Part shown: in pieces, positions 53,061 to 64,000 of the stretch
How the letters are laid out: each line of letters opens with the position of its first letter
Position numbering within the stretch: the first letter of the stretch is position 1
Origin: Cenococcum geophilum
Lineage: Eukaryota
Assembly: GCA_050273025.1 (NCBI GenBank)
Contig: CP158636.1
Span: 3,596,001 to 3,660,000 of the forward strand
Direction: 5' to 3'
DNA: 64,000 nt
The notes under the pieces: model-generated
What the model was told of the DNA's origin: nothing
Databases searched by the model: none
The model's input: only the letters and a program-made list of their open reading frames with translations
Translations under genes and position numbers: made by a program

Positions 53061-54302
53061 ATGGCCACACGCGGGTCTTCCTACCAGGACCGCTTGATGT
53101 CTGATCATGCAGCCCAAACCCGAAACAAGCGCGAATATGTGGATTTCTGCAACAAGCAGCAAGCACAGCTCGAGGCTGTTGCTACCACAACCTCTCCTAG
53201 TGGTCAGGTCATTGACTGGATCAAAATCGAGTCTCAAGGAACAATCGCCGAACCACCACCGCTGCTCAGCGACAAGCCCCGTGAACAAACAGTTGGTGCT
53301 GGTATGCCCACAGGTTCCCCCCCAAAAACTGAGCTGGAAGCCAATGAAGATCTGCGTGGACCGGCAGGGACAGTTCCGGTCCCACGTAAAAGTCTCGCTC
53401 TCGTCGATTTCAGGAAATCCCTCTCACAAATGATGTCAAAGACCGGGCCTCCGGACATGTCAGGCAGGATTTCTACTTTGGCAGCTGCTCCAGAAAAACA
53501 CTGGTATGCCAGCTCTGCCCAAATCGTCAAGAACTACGGAGGCCAGGGCCGGTTTAGCATGTGGAATCCTGCTGTAGAGACAAACAATGACTTTTCGCTC
53601 CTTCAGCTCGCGGTCATCAACAACAACGGAGCCTACGACCCAGCACACCCGAGATCGGACAATCGACAGACCGTGGAGGCGGGATGGATTCGATATCCGG
53701 CCAGGTTCGGTGACAATTTACCTCATCTATTTACCTTCTTCACGACGGTTGGCTACGAGACGTACGGTGACTACGTTCAGGGCTGGAATACGGACGTTAA
53801 AGGCTGGGTTCAAGTCGACTCTACCATCCACCCAGGGAGCACTTTCTCGACCACTAACGTGGAAAACGGTGCCCAGTACGACCTCTGGATCACTTACCAG
53901 CTCTACAACGGCAACTGGTGGCTCTGGGTTAGGGACCGATGGATTGGCTATTATCCCGCAAATATGTTCAGTGCGGGCCACGTAGCGGCGAACACACTCG
54001 CGGACCACGCCGATCAGATCAATTTCTATGGGGAGATTTTCGATTCGAACGACGTTGCCGGCATTACCACTACCGATATGGGCAGCGGGAGGTTCCCGGA
54101 AACGCGGTGGCAGCACTCCGCGTATATCTATCTTATTGGATATCAGCCCCAACCGACCGCTACCAGCAACGCTTCAGTTGAGTATGACGGTAGCGCCGGC
54201 ATCTATTTGGATGATCCGGCGAGGTATCGTATCGAACCGCATTTCAAGAGCGGGTCGAATTGGGGAAGCTATGTATGGCTGGGTGGACCTGGTGCTGGCT
54301 GA
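53061..54302 (+). CDS. Neprosin (DUF239)-family glutamic peptidase-like protein, intronless, 413 aa from the first ATG
   Basis: Pro-domain-like IDWI..ESQ and GPAGTVPV; catalytic-domain motifs FSLLQL, QTVEAGW, HLFTFFT, GWVQ, GNWWL, IGYYP, FYGEI, TDMGSG, GGPG. Confidence 0.85.
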   Translation: MATRGSSYQDRLMSDHAAQTRNKREYVDFCNKQQAQLEAVATTTSPSGQVIDWIKIESQGTIAEPPPLLSDKPREQTVGAGMPTGSPPKTELEANEDLRGPAGTVPVPRKSLALVDFRKSLSQMMSKTGPPDMSGRISTLAAAPEKHWYASSAQIVKNYGGQGRFSMWNPAVETNNDFSLLQLAVINNNGAYDPAHPRSDNRQTVEAGWIRYPARFGDNLPHLFTFFTTVGYETYGDYVQGWNTDVKGWVQVDSTIHPGSTFSTTNVENGAQYDLWITYQLYNGNWWLWVRDRWIGYYPANMFSAGHVAANTLADHADQINFYGEIFDSNDVAGITTTDMGSGRFPETRWQHSAYIYLIGYQPQPTATSNASVEYDGSAGIYLDDPARYRIEPHFKSGSNWGSYVWLGGPGAG

Positions 54303-55691
54303 TCGGATGTGAAGGCTGTGGGTGAGCATTGTATGCTATGCCACTTCTAAGGGACTGTCCCGAACATTTTCAATAGGCTCATTCGCTGTAAACTTCCTTC
54401 TCCGTAATCTGAATGGATAGTACGCAGGGTGGTCGATAGTTCATCAATCCGCAATCCCCTAGTATAATCTGTCTACTTCCTTTCTGAAGTAGAAATAGGT
54501 CTTCAGGTTCTCCTTAACCGCTCCTCTCATTTCGTATAACAATGGCCCTTCAATCAGTAATTTTACCTGTTCCGGAGATGCTATTCAAATCCAAAAATGT
54601 GCTACTACATCCCGCTTTTTCGGGGAGTTTTGAGTTTCAGCATCGCCAGGGCAACATCCTTGGGAAAATCCTCTCAACGAATTTTTAACAATATTAAGGG
54701 ATGCTTCGCCAGAATCGGGATACGGGATAGTCAATTGATTGGCAATAGAAGCGGAATGTGTGTTGACCTTTGTAGACCTGAAGAGGACGTGGGGGCCATA
54801 ATTCAAGGTAACTAGAGGTTGCCAATGCGCAGGTCTGTAAAGATTGAAAAAGATGCTGCTCTGTAGACGGCGATTATTCATTGCTGATTATGTTACATTT
54901 TAAATTACGCTTACCTTCAAAGCTTTCTCATAGAGAAAGGGTTCTGTATGCTCTAGAATTTTAATTAAAGACTTATTGCGTTCCTGAAACTAGTCTTAGA
55001 AACCCTTAATTGTGATCTTCGTCGCATGCACTCATGATACTAGACTAACCCCAATCCTAAAAGGATCTCAAGCAAGGGCCTAATCGGACATCTGAGGCCT
55101 CTCCAGTCGCATTGCAGTAATGCCATTGGAGCCCAGCACATTTCAAATCATACAAATTCGGCCCTTCTATTAGCAGTTAATGGTTACGGAACTTTCGTCT
55201 GAGACTTATCGGGTACTACTCGGAAAGATGCCTAAAAAGAACATGATAACAAGAGGACCGCATTAGCTACCAAGACTCAAGAGCTAAGAACTGATCAACC
55301 AACAGGCTAGGTGTCTTGAGGTAGGGTGAAACATTCTCCGGCCCTGCCTAAATCCCGCTTCTGCGAATTCCAATCATGTTCATTACGCTGATCAGCCTGG
55401 TTCACTAAAACGAGCAAAGCTGAATACGAACGGGGCGTAATATGCAGAACACCTTTTTGGGCAGAGGGGCAGGTTATCCCAGAAAGCAAGAGCCAATAGC
55501 CTTACGTGCCAATCCATCACATGGCGTGGTAGACCCATACCATGTGTAACAGGATGCTCTCAGCGAAAAGACGGATCATAGGTTGCATAGAAAATGACAT
55601 TGCGCACACAGCGCCTGAAACAACACGTCCAGCCCATACATAGTCTTACATGAGCTAGGAATGACTCAAATAGAAAGACGAGTATTTAAAA

Positions 55692-56379
55692 ATGCAGAAC
55701 CGCGCAAGGTTTTGTAAAGGCCATGCCATTCAAAGAACATTCTTCATGAAATAATCAGCGCGGATGGCCTCAACCCCCCAACTTGAGAGCAAGCTTGAAT
55801 GTTCCAAATGTTTCAAAACCTTTGGAAAACAGCGGGCTCTCCAGCGACATAAGAAAGCGAAGCACCTCACGAAACGTCAAGAAATGACTATCAACAAGGA
55901 CCCTGCGCAGGTGCATCATTTCTAAGCTTATTCAAATCTGATCATACTCTAATGCGTCCAAATAGTCCGAACGTACCAGCGCCGCAGTTACTCGACAGAC
56001 CTCTCTAAGCAGCATACATAAGTTCACCGATACACCGCTCGGCAAAGAAGCTACGGAATCTACTCCAAACCTCAAGAGAAAACGAAAGTCCTCGGAACAA
56101 GGAGATACAGGATCGATTCAAGGCACCGAGACACGCCCTCCCTCAATTACACTTGGCGCGTCCCGCAAACGCCGACCCAAGTCCAGGCGTAAACGCAAAT
56201 CGAAACAGGAAAGCCGGCAGAATAGGCTCCACCCCGAAATTGTGCAATTTGTTGACCTCAACGCAGGAGGTTGGGACTACTCACCCCTACCAGGCTGGAT
56301 GATAAGTCGGTGGGCCTTTTGTAGTGGAGCATGTAGGTGGTGCAATAACTGTGGGGAGGGATTTAACGGCTGGATATGA
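55692..56379 (+). CDS. Small C2H2 zinc finger + basic tract + C-terminal Cys4 protein, 3 exons (absent from the ORF track)
   Basis: Spliced MQNRAS|ADG...ECSKCFKTFGKQRALQRHKKAKH...|...RKRRPKSRRKRK...FCSGACRWCNNC...*; two GT-AG introns keep frame. Confidence 0.6.
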
Positions 56380-56938
56380 ATTTGGCTGTCATTCTCATAT
56401 CAGGATGTTTGTTTCTGATGTTCTGGGCTCATGAATATCGTAGTCTGCATGATAGAAAAGCCTGTAAATTGCCTGGCAAAGTTGCTTTTCTTTTGGATGA
56501 CTCAAATTGGAATACGCAAAATTAGGCAAACTCAGATATGCATATTCTAAAACGACATCCACAAATCCATATGAGTTAGTGTAATGATCTGACCTTTAGA
56601 TTTGATTCAGCTGTTTAGACAGAAAGAAACTGCTCTGCCGTCGCCATTGTGAATGTGTGAGATCCTTGATTTTAGGCTACAGGTTATGGGTAGCGAGAAT
56701 TCGCGAAGTGTCCTTGGAGCTGCTAGTGATAAGTCATTACATGCCCAAGGTGGCAAAGTGTGTCCCGCGACTCACCCGAAAGAGCTTGCCTCACCGTTCG
56801 CCCTAACCCATGTCCTGGTTCCCATAATACTGCCCACCGCTACGGGCCTGACATTGGGTCTCTTCATTAAGGAGGCGCCGCCAATCTACATCAACTGTCA
56901 ATAAAGATGAGAAACCTTCTGAGCTGAGTTTGACGCCA

Positions 56939-57620
56939 CTAACCCACAATGAACCGATTCCCAGGTCCTTCAACAGCTACGGCAGGAGTGTTCTCCACCC
57001 ATCCTAGCTCTCCGCGGACTTGCTGCATCAACTGTTGTGTCTCCCCGGTTCGCCATTCGTCCATCAGAGGCCCCCGTGGACCGCCACTGCAATGTGTAGA
57101 CACTATCGATGGATCATGACTCCCGTACACTGTAACTGGCACCAGAAACGCTTAGGTGTGTGCTGGTACGGGTGCTTCGACTAAGTGGGAGACTAGGTGT
57201 GCGATATGGTGTATTACTGGTGATGGGTGTTTCAGCGTCCTCAGCGTCCTCGGCGAAAGCGACTCGGGCGCGCTCAATCCCTTGCGCTTCGCCCAAGTAA
57301 TGATCGGAATCATGAAGTCCGCCATTGGTAGTTGTGGGATAGGGCGGGTGGTTAGGGTTCGTAGATGGCTTAAATCGGAGTGCGCCCCGGCCATGATACT
57401 GAATGGGTTCGATAGGATAAAAATTCTCATCGTAAAGATGATGGCCACGAAAGAAATACTGTGAGGCCTCCCTAAATGGTATTCTCCCTTGGATCCTATC
57501 GACATAGACGTGACGGATATTGTAATGTTGCGTATCGTAGACTCGGACCTCAAAGCTATCGAGTCTTTTTAGACGAGGAAAGACCTAATAATCTGCCGGC
57601 GGTGATCGGGTATTCTTTAC
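56939..57620 (-). CDS. Hypothetical protein (unresolved gene model)
   Basis: Open minus frame of ~150 codons (LDSFEVRVYDTQHYNIRHVYV...) ending at 57114, with a further reading frame to 56939; no recognised motif. Confidence 0.3.
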
Positions 57621-58205
57621 TGGAAGCTAAAGGCAATCAGAGAATACATATGAAAATGAAGATCCGGTGTTTCTGGTTAGCTGTGTTGTAAGATATTATA
57701 TTTGAAAGAACTCATGACTGAAGTCTTGCAGCGCCGATCACGGGATTTTTTCGATACGAGATGTATTGAAGTAAGTTGAAAGAAGAAGGAAACAGAACGA
57801 CGGCGCCCCTTTTATGTAACTTCATGTCACTGGGTAACGTCGTAAAATACAGTAGAACTTGGATTAGCACGGGTTTTTATGGGGTCTCATTCACACCGAC
57901 ACTAAAATACTTCACCAGATATAATAGGAAGAGTAGGGTAATGGGATGCGCCGATAGGTCTTCGAAGATCCTATAAACAGCATTGTAGAGCGACAATACC
58001 ATGGACAACATAAAACGAACGGACAACGAAACGAAGAGTTATGATTATAAAAGAGAGGGTGAATGGACAAGGCACCATAATTTTAGAGATTAGGGATTAT
58101 GCGTGGAGTTGATGTAATATACAAACAAAATGCCGAATAGTATAAAGTCAAGTGAGCTAATAAGATATATGCTCCGAGGGACGAAATGCCAATATACACA
58201 AGAAC

Positions 58206-58780
58206 TTAGAGGATTCCCTCTTGTGGGTGAAACCAAGGCTTCACCACCCACTCAAATGGTAGCTTTACGTCGATTAAGAAAGTAGTCCTCTCAGAGCCTG
58301 ATAGTATTACGTTCGCGGCAATGTTGCAACTCTTCTCGAAGTCTCCAGCAGCTTTCGACTTTTTCGCTACCAGGGCTTGATAGGATGCCAACGGGCAGGA
58401 TTGACCAGGATCGGATTTGCAGTTGGAAATAGGATATACCGCATCATTGAGCTTAATGTGCATGAATAGGCTTTTGCGGCAGTTCAGACGCTCAAAACGC
58501 CATGGTTCCACGCATGCTTACAAAGTTACTGGCTTTGAAAATTCGGTTCCTTGGAGTGTACGTGCTAGGTAGAGGTGTCTGTAATTTGAAGACGCCAATG
58601 GCAGCAGCGAGTTGATTGATCTGGCCATCATTGGTGGAGGCAGCGATGAGAGGAGGTGGCGCAATCGTTGTTCCATCGGAGTTCTTGTATCTGATTGGGT
58701 CCACCGACAAAACGCTGAACGAGTGCGAGGGCGGCAGTTTGGGCGCGGATGCCTTGACTGATGGTGGCAATGCCAAAGCA
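58206..58780 (-). pseudogene. C-terminal fragment of a histidine acid phosphatase/phytase-like gene
   Basis: NDGQINQLAAAIGVF...FKASNFVSMRGTMAF / ERLNC...IKLNDAVYP..C...PG.SCPL with a frameshift near 58500; no N-terminal RHG motif seen. Confidence 0.65.
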
Positions 58781-60994
58781 GTATCCTAGCTATGTCTTTC
58801 CGAGCGGCTTTAAATACTCCGAGGGATGGGATGGAAAATTTCTTCGACGATTTATTTCTGAAATTCTCTAGGCACTCGTTTACAACCCGCATGCTGCCGC
58901 GTGAAATGAGTAGATGGCGCCTTATGTGTTCGTCTTTATTAACTACTCATAGGGCATGCCAGGGAGTAGTGTAATGCTCGAGCGTCGCGAAGCACTACGC
59001 ACAAATAGACATCCAGGGGATGGAGACAGTAAACAGGAAATGACGGTGTTGGGGATCATCTAACTAGCAGATCACACACCGCAGACGAGAACTTACATTT
59101 TTAGCGGCTCTGAAGTGTCGAATAATTCCCATCTGAACCAAAAACTCTCTGTCAAGCCTAACAAGAACGGCTGATGGGAAGAGATGATGAGACGCTAGGG
59201 CAAGGCTTAGAGGAAGCTAGCCAACCGCGTCCCAGTGGCACGTGCAGATCCGTTGTTGTCTTCAACAATCAACCACGTCCAACAACAGGATATCTATTAA
59301 AGCAACACTCAAAGACACCGCAGATAAAAAAAGTATCTAGAGAGTTTTCTGCAAGGTGAGTCACTACGCCGCCTATAAATATGTTGTTTTTTATCTACAT
59401 ACCTCCTTAGGGGTTAAGAATCGTAGATTACTACGCTGCCATCCTTCATCTTTCAAGCTCAATCCTTTCAGAGAATAAACCGCACGGGAAGTTTAGTACA
59501 ACGAATGAGTAACGTAAGCCAATTTAGTGAAAGGCAGTTATGTCCCAATCCCGAACCCCTTCTCCGTCTATTCCCAAAACCTCATCCCATGTCATAGCCA
59601 AACTCTCACCGAAGCTCCAGGTCTGAGCATCGAAATGCGTGTCTTCTCTTTTCTCTAACAAAGGCCTGTTCATTGCCATTGTGAAAAAATTTGCAATTCT
59701 TCTTTTGAGTGCTTCGGAGGTTACGTTGCGGTTCATGCTATACTTTGCAGCATTGCAAGTCGGTTCCGTATCATGTGTCAGATCTAGTGATTATATTCTA
59801 AAGATATTCTTAGTATTGCGTGGTATTGTCCGAGCAAGTTACCTCTCATACACCCTTCTGCTAAGGCAACCTGGCGAATACCCCAACACGACTATACAGG
59901 GGCTAGAGATTATCACTTAGTGTAGCTAACTTACTAAACAGGTCCGCCCGGGCACTGTATCAGTATTCAGGCAATAGTTTCGTTTCTATTCCACCAGTAG
60001 TACTGCTTTTGGTTCTCTTTACATAATTTCGTCAACTCACTTCATAGTAAATAGGAATGCTGCTGCTAGCCTACTTCTATGTCTCATTGAGTGTTATATA
60101 AAAACGCCGTCAAAATGGGGGCAAAATAGCCTCCAGGCTTCCTTTAAATGACCAGCAAAAATCTTCCGCATATATTCAGACACGCTCGTAGCACTCATAG
60201 ACCAAGAGCGATAAGTGTCAAATAACACTCTACTTCTATCCTTAATCAGAATATAATATGGAAGTCGCACTCTTTCTTTCTCAAATTATTCCCATGCATA
60301 TGCTCTTGGATTAAACAGATGCCGTTAGCAGGGTTGTGCTTGCATATATCCAATGCGCGGTTACCGCGCCACACCGCACCGATCCAATGGTCTGTGCGGG
60401 GGATTTTCTTAGCGAGTCCGGCCCAGCGCTTTCGTGTGTAAGAGTTTCTTCTGGACAAAGTCTGCTGGGTGTGTTGGAATTTCTGAATTGCAACATCAGA
60501 AGAAGCATTATTTCTGATCCGAGTGCCGCCGACAGGCACTGTGTGGTGAACATTGCGGACCTGGCCCAGGGCATTCGGCTGAACATTGTATTCACCACAC
60601 TGCCACCACATCACGGGCTCCACGCCCAGTTTCACCGATCTCGATATGCTTAAGAAGGCTGCTTCGCCTGATATTTTTCCTTCCTCAGCTTACACCTCAT
60701 CATCATACTCTGGAGTTTCCTCTCAACCAACTCCCTATTTCTACCCCCGCCCGTCAATGAGAACTACCAGATCGTTAGGTAAGTCGCCATAGTGTACTCT
60801 AGCTATACCAAACATTAACTTCGAGACCTAGGCCCTACTCGTGATTCCCACAAGTCTAAAGTGGCTCTCTACCGAAGCCCGATTCCATTAGTGTAACATC
60901 AAATACCACGTATACAGCTCCAACAGCCACATTTTAGTCAACACAGGCTAACTTTCACAAATCCGGAGCCAGCCAGCCCTTTGTTTCACGTTAA

Positions 60995-61477
60995 ATGCTC
61001 AACATGGCCGCTCTCTCGTCTACCCGTGACGCCTTTCTCTCCGGCGGACTGCAGAATTGCAATGCTGATGAAGGCACGAAATGCCCCATCTGCCTGGAGG
61101 ATCTCTGCTCAGAGGATGAACAAACTGTCCGAATCAAGCCATGCAAGCACGTCTTCGGCTCTCAGTGCCTAGCCGCCTGGCTGAAGTTCAAGAATACCTG
61201 CCCGATGTGCCGCAAGGTGCTCTACGCCGGCGAGCCAGAAGTTACTGGATATGGCGACATCTATGTGAGGGGCCTTCTCCGCCAGGCCCGAGAACAACTA
61301 CGTGACCGGTTTGACGACCTCGCCGAGGGCATGCAAGAGCTTGTCAGTCGCCACCGGCAGAACATAGGGGAAAGCCAAGAGCGGATGAGACGGGATGATA
61401 TGGCGCACGACGAACGTATGAAGATGATTGCTCGGTGGGACGCCGAGCAAAAACAGAAGATTATTCGGGGAGCTTGA
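60995..61477 (+). CDS. RING-finger protein (160 aa), intronless
   Basis: CPICLEDL...PCKHVFGSQCLAAWL...TCPMCR followed by a charged helical tail. Confidence 0.8.
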   Translation: MLNMAALSSTRDAFLSGGLQNCNADEGTKCPICLEDLCSEDEQTVRIKPCKHVFGSQCLAAWLKFKNTCPMCRKVLYAGEPEVTGYGDIYVRGLLRQAREQLRDRFDDLAEGMQELVSRHRQNIGESQERMRRDDMAHDERMKMIARWDAEQKQKIIRGA

Positions 61478-64000
61478 GACCTGGAAGGAGGGACGACCAG
61501 CACGGCCACCGCCATAGAGTCATCGACGTCGATTGCTCAGGCATCTGAGGCACTGAGACAAACATCGAGCTTGGACGTCGTTTCTAGAGGCACAGACTGC
61601 ATATGGTAGTTCTGAGTGCCACATTTAGCTAGATACAGGATGAATTGGTGGTCCGTGCATACAAAGTTGGGGAAGGGCTTACTGGACGGCTTGCAGGGTT
61701 TAAAGCCTTTCCGCAACATTAATGCATGTGTGGCGTGCTCTACACAAAGTTAATATTTTCCATCCACTTTTACATGTTTTTGCCATTATCTCTCACCTCT
61801 CTCCCATTATGATATATTATTGAAATCGCTCCGCTCAAATTTTGGGAAGCTTAACCACAATTCTCATTCTCATGCATTTTAACAGGTGAATGCTGTAATA
61901 TTGGAAGGGCACCGCTGAATTATTATTCCCGGCAATCGGGTGGGAATCGATTAGCGGTGAGTTACACGTGGCTTTTCGGATCGATCACTTCGTCGAAATG
62001 AGCTATGAACATCTCTAAGAGGAAGACAGCAGACTACAAATTACTCCTTCTCAAACCGTGCAATTTGGTGAGCTGGCTAACGTATGCTGCAGGCACCAAA
62101 CATTTAATGTGGGGCATACTTTGCTCTTCAGGCAAATCGAGCGGAGCCGAAGTGGAGAAGGTATAGAAAGGCTTGAAGTGGCGCGCGGAGAACTGTTGGC
62201 GGTCTGTGAGAAATCGTGGTACGATCAATAATACCGTTTCCCTGAAATATTTCGTTCTGCGACACTCGTGATTGGGATGAAAATTTAAATATTCACATTA
62301 AACTTCAGCCGCTCAGAATTAGTCAACATCATGTTATACGGTGTCATTATCTAGTCCAAAAAGAAGCATATCACGATGCGCAACAGCTTGAAGACACCAA
62401 GCAACAGATCTAAATCATGCCGAGTTGCTACCCATTTCTCAACGATGAACAGCCGATGTACCATTACTCGGATCTGACAAACCTTCCTCATCATCTAGCT
62501 TAGCATATGTACTAACCTTCTTGGTTGCTCCGCGAGTATGGCCTTCGGTAATATTGGATTGGTTAATTGCCTCACTTTCATCTTGAGCATTCTTAAAAGT
62601 TAGCCTTTGGCTCTTCATTCATTCACTAGTCTCCTTGAACATCTAGAGATAAACATACCTAGAGTCCATCTGAATTAGCGGTAGCGAGGTCGATTGGGTC
62701 TTCCACTGGAGCATCACCTTCCTGAACTGGAATCTGAGATTGACCAGTGCGGCTCGTGTAGTTGTTGTCTTGTAGGAGGGGATGTATTGGTTGCTGATGA
62801 ATGCTGTGTAGTCCGAAAAGTGAGCTTGAGATGCCTTCTTGTACTTCTTGAGATGTCAATTTCTTAATACGTCACGCCTGTCCCAGCCCCCCAAACTTCT
62901 CACACATCAACCACAGAAGATCACAGAACATTATGATCAAGTGCAGATTGGCTATCTGCGACAACATTATGACGGCATGATCGAACACCGATTAGAGAGT
63001 GGGACGATCCCGACTCAAGCAGGCCACGCGAACTTCGAATTGCTGGAGCTCAAATCATAAATGATAGATAAGCATATCTCCTAATTATGTAAAGCACGCT
63101 GATTCAGAGGCCAAATGCCATGCTCATCGGAAAAGTGGATTCAAGCAAATACCGGCATTGGCACACAATGCCGGTGGATGTGCTAGCGGATATGGCGAAA
63201 TCGAAAACTTGCAAGAACACGTAGATAGGGTTTAGAGTATAGAGTAGAAGCTCTACGTAGACAACCTCTCGTCCCAACCGCTGAAGTCAAGATTATTTCC
63301 CCAGCCGACTAGCCAGACCCAAATTATCTTACTGGGGGCAACTCATGCCTTTACTTGCATTCATGCTGCGCATGTGGCGCAGTGCAAATTTGTCGATGTT
63401 GACGAATAGGGGCTTGGCCAGATCGTCCACATACGAAGCCAGCCCACTGAACAGCTCCCGCAACCCCATCGCGGCTTTTGTCAGACGTCAAGATTAAGAT
63501 GACTGATGCTAGTGTCAGGAACAAAGCAGGACGCTAATTTTTAATCAGCTTCAGCAATCCTGGGAGCAAGGATCGAGCTGATTTGGAGCTCTTCGAGCGG
63601 TTTTGGTTTCGTATTAATACGTAGGTGGAGGTCAGGGCCTTCAGCGGAGCCAATTTTGGAGGCTGGGGGTTGGAGGTTGCCGCGAAAGATCGTGATATCG
63701 TGAATCGCGTCAAGCCCAATTACCTTGCCCAAGTAGGTAATGATTGGAGCCGTAAAGAAAGGAGAACCGTCATAATGATATCAACCTTAGAGCTTGCATC
63801 ATTCATAAGCGTAAAGCCTCGGAGGTAATCAATCATTTACATAAGTCATTTATCTCAAAGAAAACCTGGGGTATATGTAGACAACCTTCTGTCTTCATAA
63901 ATGTGATTTTATCAAATCAGGTATTGTAGTAGGCCATCGGGTATCTATATTACACTGGCAACAAGCCAAGGCTCAAAAGAAAGTATCTGCTACGTCTCGC

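Noticed and set aside
59524..60792. Short ORFs (70-129 aa)
   Set aside because: No recognisable motifs or convincing splice model.
62400..63830. Coding-looking minus-strand patches
   Set aside because: Interrupted by stop codons and no family recognised; could be a decayed gene but cannot be supported.
1..64000. Starship-type giant element, or rRNA/tRNA genes
   Set aside because: No tyrosine-recombinase captain or recognisable structural RNA was seen, and housekeeping genes are interspersed. Short RNAs cannot be excluded by eye.

Overview
Eukaryotic DNA from a filamentous ascomycete. The evidence is spliceosomal introns, fungal housekeeping genes and AT-rich repeats with a RIP signature (CpA>TpA, TpG>TpA); a TE-rich Dothideomycete-like genome is an inference. 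Housekeeping genes: 3-ketoacyl-CoA thiolase, a DUF3245 protein, succinyl-CoA ligase beta, NDC80, a siderophore MFS transporter and PEX14. Accessory genes: a Clr5 + ~25-ankyrin protein facing a decayed HET-domain gene, an intronless neprosin-family peptidase, a C2H2/Cys-rich protein, a RING protein and a phosphatase relic. There are two RIP-degraded TE nests. The first (10.7-19.2 kb) holds a Mutator-like element with a 9-bp TSD, a nested Tc1-like element that appears to have a 5-bp non-TA TSD, and MITEs. The second (37-51.7 kb) holds a full-length chromoviral Ty3/Gypsy element, a pogo-like element and LTR pieces. The best candidate for an undescribed system is a three-gene module at 20.4-25.5 kb. 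It is a DUF6594 membrane protein flanked by two small, intron-containing retropepsin-like proteins, one with an intact DSG motif and one with a degenerate DTR motif. All domain calls come from reading motifs by eye; no searches were run.
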